From Octopus bimaculoides (taxonomy: Eukaryota): a stretch of DNA of 64,000 nucleotides. The notes beneath the pieces were generated by a model. The model saw only the letters and a program-made list of their open reading frames with translations, was not told the origin of the DNA and ran no database searches. Position numbers and translations under genes: made by a program. Shown piece by piece: positions 38,595-51,550 of this stretch. Each line of letters starts with the position of its first letter. Positions within the stretch are counted from its first letter, which is position 1. Location of the stretch: NCBI RefSeq assembly GCF_001194135.2, contig NC_068989.1:49261430-49325429 (forward strand). Direction: 5' to 3'.

Positions 38595-39860
38595 CTGTTG
38601 GATCATCCCATAAATAATGTGATTTTTTCATATTTCCTTTATTTGTCAAAATTAAGATAAAGTTCTTTTTAAATCTAAAATATACTCTCCATTTTCTACA
38701 ATGCTTGCAAGGCCCCTCTTCCAAAATCCACTTGTTTGTCATGAAAAATATTCTCCAGTACTGTTCTGATCGCATCTACAAAATTCATATTTTCCTGTCC
38801 AAATGATTTTGAAGACTGCAAAATAAATGATAATGAGATGGGGCAATGTCTGATGAATTTGGTGGGTGGGGCATCACCTCCCATTCAAATAGCTTCAGCT
38901 TTTGGAATATCATCTTCGCTGTGTGTGGCCGAGCATTATCCCGATGGAAGAACACCTTTCATCTTGAAATCAAACATGGTCATTTTTCTTCTAGCACTGA
39001 CTTAAGCCACTCAAGCTGCTTGCAGTAGATCTCCTTTGTTATCGTTTGGTTTGAGTTTAAAAGTTCTAAGTGGACTAAACCTTTCATATCCTACCAAACT
39101 GATAACAACACCTTATGTGAGTAAAGACCTTCTTTAGCCTGGGATGCCAGTGTTTCTCCTTTCTCTACACACTGTCTTCAGCACTTCACACTTTTAGAGA
39201 GAACCCATTTCTTGTCACCAGTCACAATTCAGTCCAATAAGGGTTCATTTGTGAGATGTGACAGCCAAGAAGAGCACACATTCACTCTCTGCAAGCGATT
39301 AGACTCACAAAGTTTGTGAGGAACCCATTGACCCAATTTGCTGACTTTTTCGATGGCACACAGGTGTAAATGAATGGTTGAATATTCCAAATCCAAGCTT
39401 CTCTGCTAGTTCCTCAACAGTTACTATGGGAGTCTGTACCATCAGGGTTTGCAAGACGTCCCCTCATTGAGCTCTACAGATCTTCCAGGATGAGGCTTGT
39501 CTTCTAGGCTGTAGTTTCTGGCTTGGAATTTCTGGAACCACCGTTGACACTGGCTTATGTGTATTGTCCGATCTCCATATACTGCATTAATATTTCTCTC
39601 ACTTTCCATTGTGTTGTTGCTTTATTAAACACATAAAGCAAAATATGTCGAGGGTGTTCCTTTGTCGCTTCCATTATAGCTTTGAAATAATAACTGTTAA
39701 AATCGAACTGCACTCTTCAAAACTTCCACTAAGAATAAGGGTAAGGTAAAATTACTACCTACTTTTATAGCAGGTTGATGCAGGTAGTTTATTCCGTCTT
39801 CATGGGACTTTTAGTTAATGCAAATGAAAAAAACGCATTATTTATGGGATGACCCAATAC
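38595..39860 (-). mobile_element. Full-length inactive mariner (DD34D class) transposon
   Basis: TIRs CTGTTGGATCATCCCATAAATAATG / CATTATTTATGGGATGACCCAATAC; TA at 38593-94 and 39861-62; 1266 bp; start MEATKEH at 39674; FFHRDNARPHTA...HPPNSSDIAPSHYHLF with stops and frameshifts. Confidence 0.92.
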
Positions 39861-39970
39861 TATTTCGGTTTGGCTCAGGTTCGGTCTTATATCTGATAGG
39901 ATTCATGTGGGTAGCAGGTTACTACCTGTTACCTTAGGGGTCCACAAATTTTCAGCAGTCTTTCAAGTTC

Positions 39971-40017
<47 letters not shown>

Positions 40018-40460
40018 AGCAGTGAGCTGGTAGGATTGTTAGTACACCAGACAAAATGCTTAGCAGCAATTCGTTTCTCTTTAGGTTCTGAGTTCAAATT
40101 CCACTAAGGTTGATTTTTGCCTTTCATCACTTCAGGGTCAATAAATTAAGTACCAGTCAAGTACAGGGATCGATGTGATTGAGTTATCCCCTCCCCACAA
40201 ACTCCAGGCCTTGTGCCTATAGTAGAAAAGATTATCATAATTATTAATGTGGTTAACTGGTAGAATCGTTAGTGCATTGGACAAAACACTTAGAATGTAA
40301 AGAACCAGAAGAAATGCTGCAGAGTCCAAATCTCATCAAGGTCAACCTTGCTTTTCATCATTTCAGGGTTAATAAAATAGAGTACTAGTCAACTATAGGA
40401 GTTGATGCAATAGACTGACACCCTCTCCACAAAGTCACTGGTCGTGTGCTAAAATCAAGA
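40018..40460 (+). mobile_element. Two tandem family M SINEs
   Basis: Core repeated at about 40090 and 40330; (TTA)n before and after. Confidence 0.75.
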
Positions 40461-40495
40461 ATTATTATTACTATCATTATTATTATTATTACTAT

Positions 40496-41045
40496 TGAGT
40501 AAGAGAGCAGTGCGTGCCATCAAAGTGACACTGGGATATATATATAAGAAGCCTAGTATACTCATTATGAATACCCGTCTGATAAGGGTACTAAAGGCAC
40601 ATGCATGACAACCATGTGTGCAGCATGGTGATGTTTTATCAAGATAAATGGCACATGACCTTGCAGGTGGGGCCTAGTTAGAATTTTCTTCAGGTCAAGC
40701 AGCCCATCCCACTCAAAAGGTCCCTGAATAAAGGTTGTTTGAAGGTGATGAACGAAACATCCATGTTTCTAGGGGTGAATTATTCAAACCCCAATGAATT
40801 CCTCTCAACACAGGCTATGATGCTCTCCTACTATTTCTGCTCGTGGTCATAGATGCACATATTGTCAGCCACCAAAGGACATGCTCAACTGGCTAAGGTC
40901 AAACAACTGACAAAAACTGTAGTATTGAGCAGAATATTTGTTGTAGCCCATCTTTTACACCAAGGCAAAAAATGTACATGGTAACAATTCCAATCAGTTA
41001 AGATCAGAAGCCATGAGAGCCAGTGCCTGTTATTGCATCAGGGCA
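40496..41045 (-). mobile_element. (TAA)n-tailed interspersed repeat, longer copy
   Basis: Reverse complement matches 16945-17362; (TTA)n on the left. Confidence 0.7.
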
Positions 41046-41647
41046 TTATTATCATTAATATTATTATCATCATCACATTTTTAACCAATACAAATCAGTC
41101 TCACTGTAGTATATAGGATTTTCTCATTGGTCAGTTAACTACATCCTCTCTTTTAGGAATGGTCTTACATCCATTATTATAAACCTAACTCATCTCTAAT
41201 ACTATTATACTACTTTACAATTATCCTACATGGATTTTCTTCTTTGAATTTTTCTTTTACATCTTTTTTTCTGGAAGATATACGTCAATGGAAATATACT
41301 GAGTAGAGCTTTGAAATCCACATTTTCAATTGAAACTGTCCAGATTACGTAAGTTATTGTTTGAACTGAAGTATAAATAGAAATAGCAAAAAGAAAATAG
41401 AAAATGAAGAAGAATGTAAGCCAAAAAAAAAAAATATCCTGTATTTCTTACTTTATAGAAATCTTTATGATACATTTCATTTTAGGATGAGTTATATTGA
41501 AAATGTGTTAGCACTGTCCTTTATTCCTCCTGCAGAGAAACTTTATCAATAAACGAAAATTGACAGTCAAACAGACAAACAAACTGACACAAGAAGCAAA
41601 CAAGAATCAAAGAAAAATTTTAATGTATTTATTCATGTAATAATAAT

Positions 41648-41688
<41 letters not shown>

Positions 41689-41856
41689 TAAGTTATAAAG
41701 TTGAACTTTTGGAAATATAGGTCTCTTGATATCGTACATTTTCTATGCTGATCATTACAACACAACGATTGTAACAGAAAAAAAAAATGCAGCAACTATA
41801 TGATTATATGAATATAGACAGATACATAAATAATAACAAATCAATTTTCTTTCCCA

Positions 41857-41930
<74 letters not shown>

Positions 41931-42806
41931 AGAAAGAGATTCTGCAGAGTTGAAGAATTAACAATAATATTAATCAATACTGCATTGAATTGCGGCAGAT
42001 ACAAATATTGAATCTATCCTAAATTTAACCCTAAAGTTCAGAACAGCAATCATAACCTAAAGATAGCCATGTTAATAAAGAAGGATGTGTCAGTCAGCAA
42101 AAATAAAAAAAACAAATCCACACACACACACACAAACATATATAAATACATGGGAAGCAGAAACAAAAGCAATAACATATTACTATTAAACAGAAATTCA
42201 TCCCGTATACAACCACCATCAATATCACCATCAACATCATTATCATCATCATCGTCATTATAATGTTATTGTTCTTTTCGAAATGTCTGCAATAGCTAAG
42301 AGCTATACTTGTTAAACTGCACAGCAGAGTGCATTAAATGAATGTATTCACTTTCTGACAATGGCATTTTTATGTATTTCTTTTCTGTATTGTTCTTATT
42401 TTAGCTTTTTGTGAGATTTTTTTTTTACTCCAGCAGCTAATTAGTTAGCTCCATTGCGTAATTGTTTAAAAGTTACCTTAGCTCAAGGGACTTCTTTATA
42501 AACTACAAACAAACAAACAAACAAGCAAACAGATAGGCATCATCATTATCACCCTCATCATCTCTGTTGTTATTGTTGTTGATGTTGTTGTTGCTATTGT
42601 TGCTGTTCTCGTGAATACTGATTTCAAGAATTGTGAGACAATAAATAACATCAGTAATATATTCTATAAGAAGCAGGTGATATAATGGAGAGTTAGAGTA
42701 GAAGACAGAGGAAGTACATAAAAGATGGAAGATGAGTACTGAGGGATACAAAATAGAAAAAAAAAAAAAAAAAGGAAACATAATGAAGAATGAATATAAA
42801 GATGTG

Positions 42807-42808
<2 letters not shown>

Positions 42809-42893
<85 letters not shown>
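42809..42893. repeat. (CA)n/(TA)n microsatellite
   Basis: Direct reading. Confidence 0.95.
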
Positions 42894-43392
42894 CCATTTT
42901 TACTTTCATACACATAGATACACATCACATATCTGAGTATACATATATATATACATAGAGATACATACACAAATGTACATGCACACATACATATATACAT
43001 ACACACACATATATATATATATACACACATATATATAGATATATACAGATTTATATACACACACATTCATACATTCATACATGTGTATGTAAACCCAAAG
43101 TTGTGAAAGAAGACTGAGATGATGGCAAAGACAAAAATGTATACAAAAGGTAATGATGATCAGAAAGTGATGACTATTGTGAAGGCAGCAATGGTGACAA
43201 AAATAAAAGACAATGATGGCAAGAAGAAAGACGATGAAAATTGCATAAAAGGAGACAATGGTTAAAAAAAAGCAATGCTGAAGAATGTACAATGTAGAAG
43301 ATATAAACAAGGAAAATTATATCAAAGAAGGCAATATTTGAGAATCAAAATAAGGAAGGGGATTATTATGGTATAGAAGAACTACAGCAGTT

Positions 43393-43568
43393 AAGAATTA
43401 TGATAGAGAAGAATTGCGATGGAGGAGAATTGCGATGGAGAAGAACTGCGAAGGAGAAGAACTGCGAAGGAGAAGAACTGTGATGGAGAAGAACTGTGAT
43501 GGAGAAGAACAGCAAAGGAGAAGAGCTGTGACAGAGAAGAACTGTGATGGAGAAGAACTATGACAGAG
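43393..43568. repeat. 16-bp minisatellite, 11 units, consensus AAGAACTGYGATGGAG
   Basis: Units start at 43393, 43409, 43425 ... 43553. Confidence 0.9.
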
Positions 43569-44691
43569 AGCTATGATGGTGATGACAGAAAAGACAGCAA
43601 AGAGTAATACAAAAGGATGAAAGAGGAAAATATATTAAAAAGAATATAGATTATGTGCATGAAAGGAATATACTAGAAGACAGAAGATTAAAAGATGAAG
43701 ATAAAGAAAGAAAGGTGTAAGGAAAAAGAAATATAGAAAATGATTATAGAGTAGACTATGGAAGAAGTTGATAGAAGGAAACGAAGAGTATAACAGAATC
43801 TCTATTGATGCAGTTACACTTTAGCATATAAACAAGGTAAAAGAAATATTTTCTCTCATACCTTTCTTTCTATGACCAAATTATATTTCATTTTGTTTGT
43901 TCTTGTTCTGATTTGATTTTCTCCTCCAAAACTGAGCTAATCTTTCTAAATGTGGCAAAGTGAACAAAATAAGAGATGCCTGAAAGTTCTAATTTACCAA
44001 CACACTCTTAATGAAATCAACGGGACATCGGGAACTTGATTGAGCTTTGTTTTATAGGGTTTTTTTTTTTTTTAGATATCATTCAGTATAGTTTTTTTCT
44101 TTCTCTTTCTTGTGTAGGGATAAACTATTTGGCAAGATTTTTTTTTTTTTTTTAACGCAAAAGCTGATAAAAACACCCTCTAAATAACAAGGGTCTCATA
44201 CAAACTAATTAAAGAGTAAAAAGCAACCATAATGACTGAGTGAATATGGTACAGTGTCTTATTCTTAAATAAAAGATTCACTTGTTCATATCCTGTCACC
44301 AATTGTTGCACTTTTGACAATGCAGGCAAAAATATAAATATCATATAGTTTTCATGTAAAGTAATAGAGACTAAGGAGTTATTGTTTTTTTTCTTTTTTT
44401 TCCTTTAGTCAGAAAGGAAAGCAAAGCTCATGGTTCTTCACAGTGCCTCCAAGACTAGTGGAAATGAGAAAGGAAGTTAGTTGCAAACCAGAAATTTGAC
44501 CTGAATACTTAGAATAGAGTGGACTTTGCTAAAGGCACATAAGGTGCCTAGTGGTAATGTTAACCACTTTGTTTTACTTTAGTTCTGCTGACATATACTA
44601 CTTTATATCAATTAAGTTTTAGAATAATGAAGAGGTGCAGACATGGCTTGCAAGCACAGGCATGGCTTGCAAGCACAGGCATGGCTTGCAA

Positions 44692-45108
44692 GCACAGGCA
44701 TGGCTATGTGGTAAGAAGCTTGCTTCCCAACTAAATGATTCTTCGTTCAGTCCCACTCTGTGGCACCTTGAGCTAGTGTCTTCTACGATAGCCTTGGGCT
44801 AACCAAAGACTTGTGAGTGGATTTGGTAGACAAAAACTGAAAGAAGGCCATCGTATGTGTGTGCATGTGTGTGTATTTATGTGTGTGTGTCTTTGTGTCT
44901 GTGTTTGCTCCCCCACCATTGCTTGATGACTGTTTGATGTGTTTACGTCCCCATAACTTAGCGGTTCGGCAAAAGAGACCAATAGAATAAGTACTACGCT
45001 TACAAAAAATAAGTCCTGGGGTTGATTTCTTCAACTAAAATCCTTTAACGCAAGGCTCAAACATGGCCGCAATCAAATGATTGAATCACGTAAAAGAATA
45101 AAAGAATT
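44692..45108 (+). mobile_element. Full-length SINE family A
   Basis: Collinear with 54236-54663. Confidence 0.85.
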
Positions 45109-45295
45109 TAATTAGAATAACTGTCATAGATGAAGGCATGCTTCCCAACCACATGGTTTTGGGTTCAGTCTCACAGTGTAGCACCTTGAGCAAGTGTCTT
45201 TTGCTATAGCTTCGGACCAACCAAAACCTTGGGAGTCAGAAACTAAAAGAAGCCTGTGATACATCTATCTGTTTATCAATATATTTATATATTTT

Positions 45296-45500
45296 TTATT
45301 TTTTTACTTGTTTCAGTTATTTGATTGTGGCCATGCTGGAACACCACCTTTAGTTGAGCAGGACTTATTCTTTGTAAGCCCCAGTACTTATTCTATCAGT
45401 CTCTTTTACTGAGCTGCTAAGTTACAGGTATATAAACACACCAACATTGGTTGTCAAGTGAGGGAGGGATGGGGGGGGATGACAAACAGACACAAACATA
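45296..45500 (-). mobile_element. SINE family A 3' half
   Basis: TTTTACTTGTTTCAGTTATTTGATTGTGGCCATGCTGG. Confidence 0.8.
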
Positions 45501-45502
45501 TA

Positions 45503-45533
<31 letters not shown>

Positions 45534-45817
45534 NNNNNNNNNNNNNNNNNNNNNNNNNNNNNNNNNNNNNNNNNNNNNNNNNNNNNNNNNNNNNNNNNNN
45601 NNNNNNNNNNNNNNNNNNNNNNNNNNNNNNNNNNNNNNNNNNNNNNNNNNNNNNNNNNNNNNNNNNNNNNNNNNNNNNNNNNNNNNNNNNNNNNNNNNNN
45701 NNNNNNNNNNNNNNNNNNNNNNNNNNNNNNNNNNNNNNNNNNNNNNNNNNNNNNNNNNNNNNNNNNNNNNNNNNNNNNNNNNNNNNNNNNNNNNNNNNNN
45801 NNNNNNCCACACAGACA

Positions 45818-45882
<65 letters not shown>

Positions 45883-48800
45883 ATATCTGCATTTGTCCCA
45901 CCATCACTTGACAACCAATGTTGGTGTGTTTATGTCCCCATAACTTAGAGGTTTGGCAAAAGATACCATTCAAATAAGTACCAGGCTTTAAAAAAAACAA
46001 AAAAAAAAGTACTGGGGTCAATTCATTCAACTAAAATTCACTTACCCATTTTGACTGTTCACAGGCATCCCTTATTTCTCATTTATTAGCTCAGAAGTTT
46101 TGTCTCAGACCATTCCATTTCAACATGCACTGACTGACAGGGCTCTCTTTGGTTACATAACCAATTCAGCTGTAACTCAAGATTTGATTTTATCTCTTAT
46201 GCTATTAACTCATAAATTCTAGTGGTACTTTCTCTATATAGATCTCTCAGTCATGTTAGAAGCTAGAAATTTTGATGGAATGTAGTTAGTTCCATGTATA
46301 AAAAAAACATATAACAATTGTATGAATTTGGATAAAAATTGGTAATATGGATGTAATGATTGTTGGGGTGCATTGTAAATGTGATTTTTACCTATTGTCA
46401 TATCATTGTTAGCAGTTCAGGTAGGTTAAATGCAGGTTTTGCTGATAACAGGTAGGTGTTTCCACATATATTTACAAGATTTCAATTCTTACACATTGAT
46501 TTCCTATCTCAGAGCTGAATTTGTGCACTTGTGAGTTGGAAGCTATACAACTATAAACAAAAAAAATCATTGAGATATATCTTCATCTTTCCCATTGATG
46601 TGCAGAAGGTGGCATTGCCATGTTGATATGCATACCTTATGGTCTCATCGTTCATCTTGACAAAAGTTTCTTCAAGAAAATGCTGAAGTAAATACTCAAT
46701 GGACTTTGCTTTTCAGTTCAAAGGTTTTCTAAGGCCTGCATCACATTGATGCAATTATGAACTACATGATCACTCCTACTGAGAATCAATAAATTATAAA
46801 TTATAGAGAATCATTTAGATCACTTGTGTGTGCAGATGACAATGAAATATCATTCTGATTATTTTCTCCAAGCTTAAGCTCTCTTTCACAGATCAAATCA
46901 TTATTAGGTAATAATAAATAAATCATTGATAAATGTTATCATTGCTTGAAGTATTATCTGTCATGATGCTCAAAAACTGAAAGAAAATTATCAGAAGAAA
47001 TCATTTCAATAAGCCACAAAAAATACACATGGTGCAAACAGGAAGTCGTTTGACAAGAAGTTCTCTCTAAAATCAGGTCAAACTTTGTTTCTTGTACAAA
47101 GAATATTTCGTTCTTGTTTTCCAACCAGAAACTGGTACCAGTTGCTGTTACCTGTGGTACAGGATTTTAAGAGTTAATAAATTGCCTGCATTCATTTTTA
47201 AGAAACTATGTTTGAACAAATGACACCATCTTTCATTGCTCTTTAACTCCACTTAAAGATCTCAATCTGGAACTTCTTTCTTCTAAACTTTTTATGTTAG
47301 TTTCATTATTTCTGCATATGTCAACCTACAAATGTTCAAACTGAACATAAACTGCATTCATCTCAAGTCTTAGAGGGACTGAAAAATGTCTTGGAAACTG
47401 ACTATTCTGCACTTAAATAAACAATAAAATAGTAGGTCAATGGTTTTCCCACTATAAATAACACAGTTTCTTTCTAGTAAACAATCCTAATTATTTTTTA
47501 TATGAATATTAAGAGTAGAAGAGAGCTGAAACCTCAGCAGAATTCTTAATACTAATTCAATTTCACATCAGTTGTATTGGTATTACACTTGGGAAAGTTA
47601 TACTAAATTTGAGTCTTCAAATAAAAATTATCATCATTTGTCTTTACAAAGCCAACCAACTGTATCACATCAATCTTTTTTTTTTTTCCTGGTGGGGGCA
47701 GTGTTATACTTAAAGAAATGGCAATGCCTATGCTTAAAGTAGAAGATTATCAGAGAAAACAATGATATTGTATTCTCTCCAGCACTGGTATTTTCTTCAA
47801 AAATGCTAATAAATACCATGTGAACAAGAGAAGTTGATTGGTCAACACTGTACACAGAAAAGCACTATAGTATTTACTTTTATCCTTCTCAGTCACATGT
47901 CCAAATTTCAAAAGGTACATTGTTATCTTTCAGAGAGTGGATAAGATAAAAAAAAATAAAATAAAAGTCCATGTGATATACAGGGATAAATTATATCAAT
48001 TATACCTATATCTACAGAATTGGTTATTTTCTTCAACAAATATTAGCATAATTGTAGAGCACTATGGCGATGGAGTAGGAAAGATACTAGATTCTTCGAT
48101 TAGTAGTTATATCACTGCAGGCACTAAATTCTGTCATTTGGCAACACACTCAGCCCTGTTTGCTTGGCAAAGAAAGACTCAAAGTCTTATCAAGAGGCTC
48201 CCATCTCTATCAAACATATACTCACTCCAACAATATCATCACCATCACTTCGATTTCATACTTTATTATACATTCATCAATTCAGGAAGGAAAGGGAAGA
48301 AAACCATCTATATTCAGCATAGCATGCAATTATTTTATGTACAAGAATGAATAGCTATATCTCAACTACATTCATTTGACATGTTTATGTCTGTGTATAT
48401 AGTGCTAGACACACACACACATACACACACACACATACACACACACACATACACACACACACACATTTTGTGTAGTTGACAAACAAATATATATGAACAG
48501 TAAAGAAGTAGCATTGGTCTAGCTAATTCGGTAAGTATGAATATGAAAAGAAAAAGAAACACAAAAATAAGAACATGGTTTATAAACTAGATATATAGAA
48601 TACAGAATGCAAACATGTTGCTGAATCTATGGGTTGTTTTCTTTGTGCTTTTCATGTCCCCGCCTTCACCGACTCCAAGACTGATAAGCAGGATCTATCA
48701 ACACATGAAATAGCACTTTAAAAAAATTCTGCTGTCGTTATGGAAGTGCCCATTGGCTTGAATGACTGTCCAACTATTCGAATATCAATATATTGACATC

Positions 48801-49030
48801 TGACTATCAGAAAGATCAATAAATTGATCCAAAATATACTTGAAGTTTCACATCAATCAAAAAATAAGAAATAAAAATAAATAGAGATACATACAAAAAC
48901 AAGATGGATTTATTGTTGAGAAAGAAATATAATAACGAAACAAATATAAATAAAAATAATGCCGAATCCCACAGAGATCAATAGAAATGATATGAAATAT
49001 TGAAGAGAGAAAATATCTCTCTCTACCTCT

Positions 49031-49079
<49 letters not shown>

Positions 49080-50039
49080 GATATACATACATATATGTAT
49101 CTCCTTTATTTGTCTATTTTTGTGAATGTATCAAATTGGATGGGGCTATAACAGAGAAAATGATGATGATAATAATCCTTTATTTATTCAATAATAATAA
49201 TAATAATAATAATATGTAGATAGATGTCTGAAAGATTTCTCTTAGAGACAAACCAAACATGACTATTTGAAAGAGTTCCTAAGCTTTGTGGCCAGCATTA
49301 AAGTTTTTGTTTATGGAAGGGGATAAAAAGAAGTTAGTTTCTAGTCTAATATGCTAAATAAATATATAAAACCTCTCATATAGCAAGATGGCGATAGTGG
49401 ACATGGTCTGTCGGTGTTAAACCAGATTATTATTTTTTTTTTTCAGTTTTTCTTGTAAGATAAGTAATTCATCAAATTTCAAATACATATAGAAAGAGAT
49501 TCTTTTATTCTATTAATAATACTTCTCTCTATTTATTTATTAGATAATTTCTTCAATATATCATGTAGGTATTGTGTAACACCAGTCATTTCTACTCAAA
49601 TATAGACAGTCAATCTGTATTTCCTTGTATATACTAGGGCGTTGGTTCTCTTAAGATTTAAAAAAGACAAATGTTTAGTCCACATTTAAAAGAAGGCAAA
49701 GAGATGATAAAAGAAATTTGCTTGTTATATAAAGTAGGCCATATGACTCAAGAAACAACTTAGCAGATATGAGACATGAGATTATTAGGTACAACAATAA
49801 TTTCTATAAGGGAAGAATATGATTGGAGTAAATTGTAGTGTATTGATTACTGTTACAAATTCTATTGAGTGACTTATAAGTAAAGGTCAGCTCAGCATGA
49901 TATAAACCAAGAGATACAACACTAAATATAATACATTAAAGCTGGCACTCTGAGCTATATTTTATTTTAGATATGAAATATTAGGAAGAGATAGGGTTCA
50001 TAAAAGAACTACATAAAAAAAAAAAACCTTTCATATTGG

Positions 50040-50478
50040 TTTCAAATTTTGGTACAAGGCCAGCAGTTATAAGGAAGGTGGACAGGTCAGTTATTTCAAC
50101 CTCTAGTGTTGAAAAGGTACTTATTTTATCAACACCAAAAGAATAAAAGGCAAAGTTGACCTAAGTGGAATTTGAACCCAGAATCTAAAGAGTCAGAAGA
50201 AATGTTGCTAAACGTTTTGTCTATCTCATCAATGATTCTACCAGCTCGTTATCATAACAAACCATTTAATTTTGACACAAAGGGAGGAGTTTTTAGGATG
50301 TGAGTAAGTCAATTAAATCAACTCCAGTGCGCAACTGGTACTTATTTTCTCGACACCCAAAAGGATGGAAGGCAAAGTCAAGCTCAGCAGGATTTGAACT
50401 CAGAATGCAAAGATGGGAGAAATACCACTGAACATTTCACCTGGCTTGCTAATGAGTCGGTTAGCTTACTGCCTTAAC
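50040..50478 (-). mobile_element. Two tandem family M SINEs
   Basis: Reverse-complement core at about 50150 and 50375. Confidence 0.75.
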
Positions 50479-50616
50479 AACCTTTTAATATTAAAACCAA
50501 CTAGTTTAGATTATACAAAGGGAACAATATTCATACACCATACATTTTTTTATCATGTCTTAATTGTTTGAATTTGAGATCATAGATATTAAATACTAAA
50601 AAAAAGAAGTGTTTAA

Positions 50617-50836
50617 CCCTTTTGAGACTAATCCACCTGAGACAGCTCTGGTTCTATAATACAAACTTCATATTTTAAAATGACCTAAGTTAAAACTGTC
50701 AACCAAAATTTCATGTTAATTCATGTTTCACACCTTGACTTAGAAATGGCAAAAGTATTTTTTAAAAAATGTCCATTATTTTCATAATTAATTGAAACAA
50801 AGACTGTATTTCAACTGAAAAATGGTAACTGAAGGG
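50617..50836. mobile_element. TTAA-type MITE family 2
   Basis: TTAA-CCCTTT...GAAGGG-TTAC; homologous to 60599-60796. Confidence 0.6.
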
Positions 50837-51157
50837 TTACACAATAAACAGACATTTAAATTTAAGTGCTATGTAACCAGGTTAAAGCCTTCCTTAGGTA
50901 CACTAGTTGAATAATTACAGAAGTTAAACAAATTGAAAATATATTACATTTGTAAGACTTCAATCAATATTGAAAAAAAAATTACTGGACACTGAAATAA
51001 GTACTATGATATCATGAGAACAAGCCACTGAGACAATTCTTCAATAGATATTTCAATATATTTCACATTTTCTGAATATCAACTTCATTGTTCATTGTTC
51101 TGGTATTAATGAAATAAACAACAGTAATATACGGAAGAATTTTAGTTGATTATATAG

Positions 51158-51550
51158 GTTGTGTAGTAAGAAGCATGCTTCCCAACCACATGGTTCTCGT
51201 TTCAGTCCCATTGCATGACACCTTGGGCAAGTGTCTTCTACTATAGCCTTGGAGCAATCAAAACCTTGTGAATAGATTTAATATGTGGAAACAGAAAGAA
51301 GCCCATTGTTTATATGTGTGCATGTGTGTGAGAGTGTGTGTTTATGTCTGTCTCCTATTACTGCTTAGTAACCAGTGTTGGTGTGTCTATGTCCCTGTAT
51401 ATCAGCAGTTCAGCAAAAGGGACCAATAGAATAAATATCATGCTTAAAAAAAAAAAGTAAGGACTGGGGTTGATTCCTTTAGCTAAAATGCTTCATGGTG
51501 GTGCCCCAGCATGGCTACAGTCTAACAAATGAAACAAGTAAATGATAAAA
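51158..51550 (+). mobile_element. Full-length SINE family A
   Basis: Collinear with 54236-54663. Confidence 0.8.

Noticed and set aside
43393-43568. CRISPR-like regular repeat
   Set aside because: Units are contiguous with no unique spacers, the context is eukaryotic and there are no cas genes.
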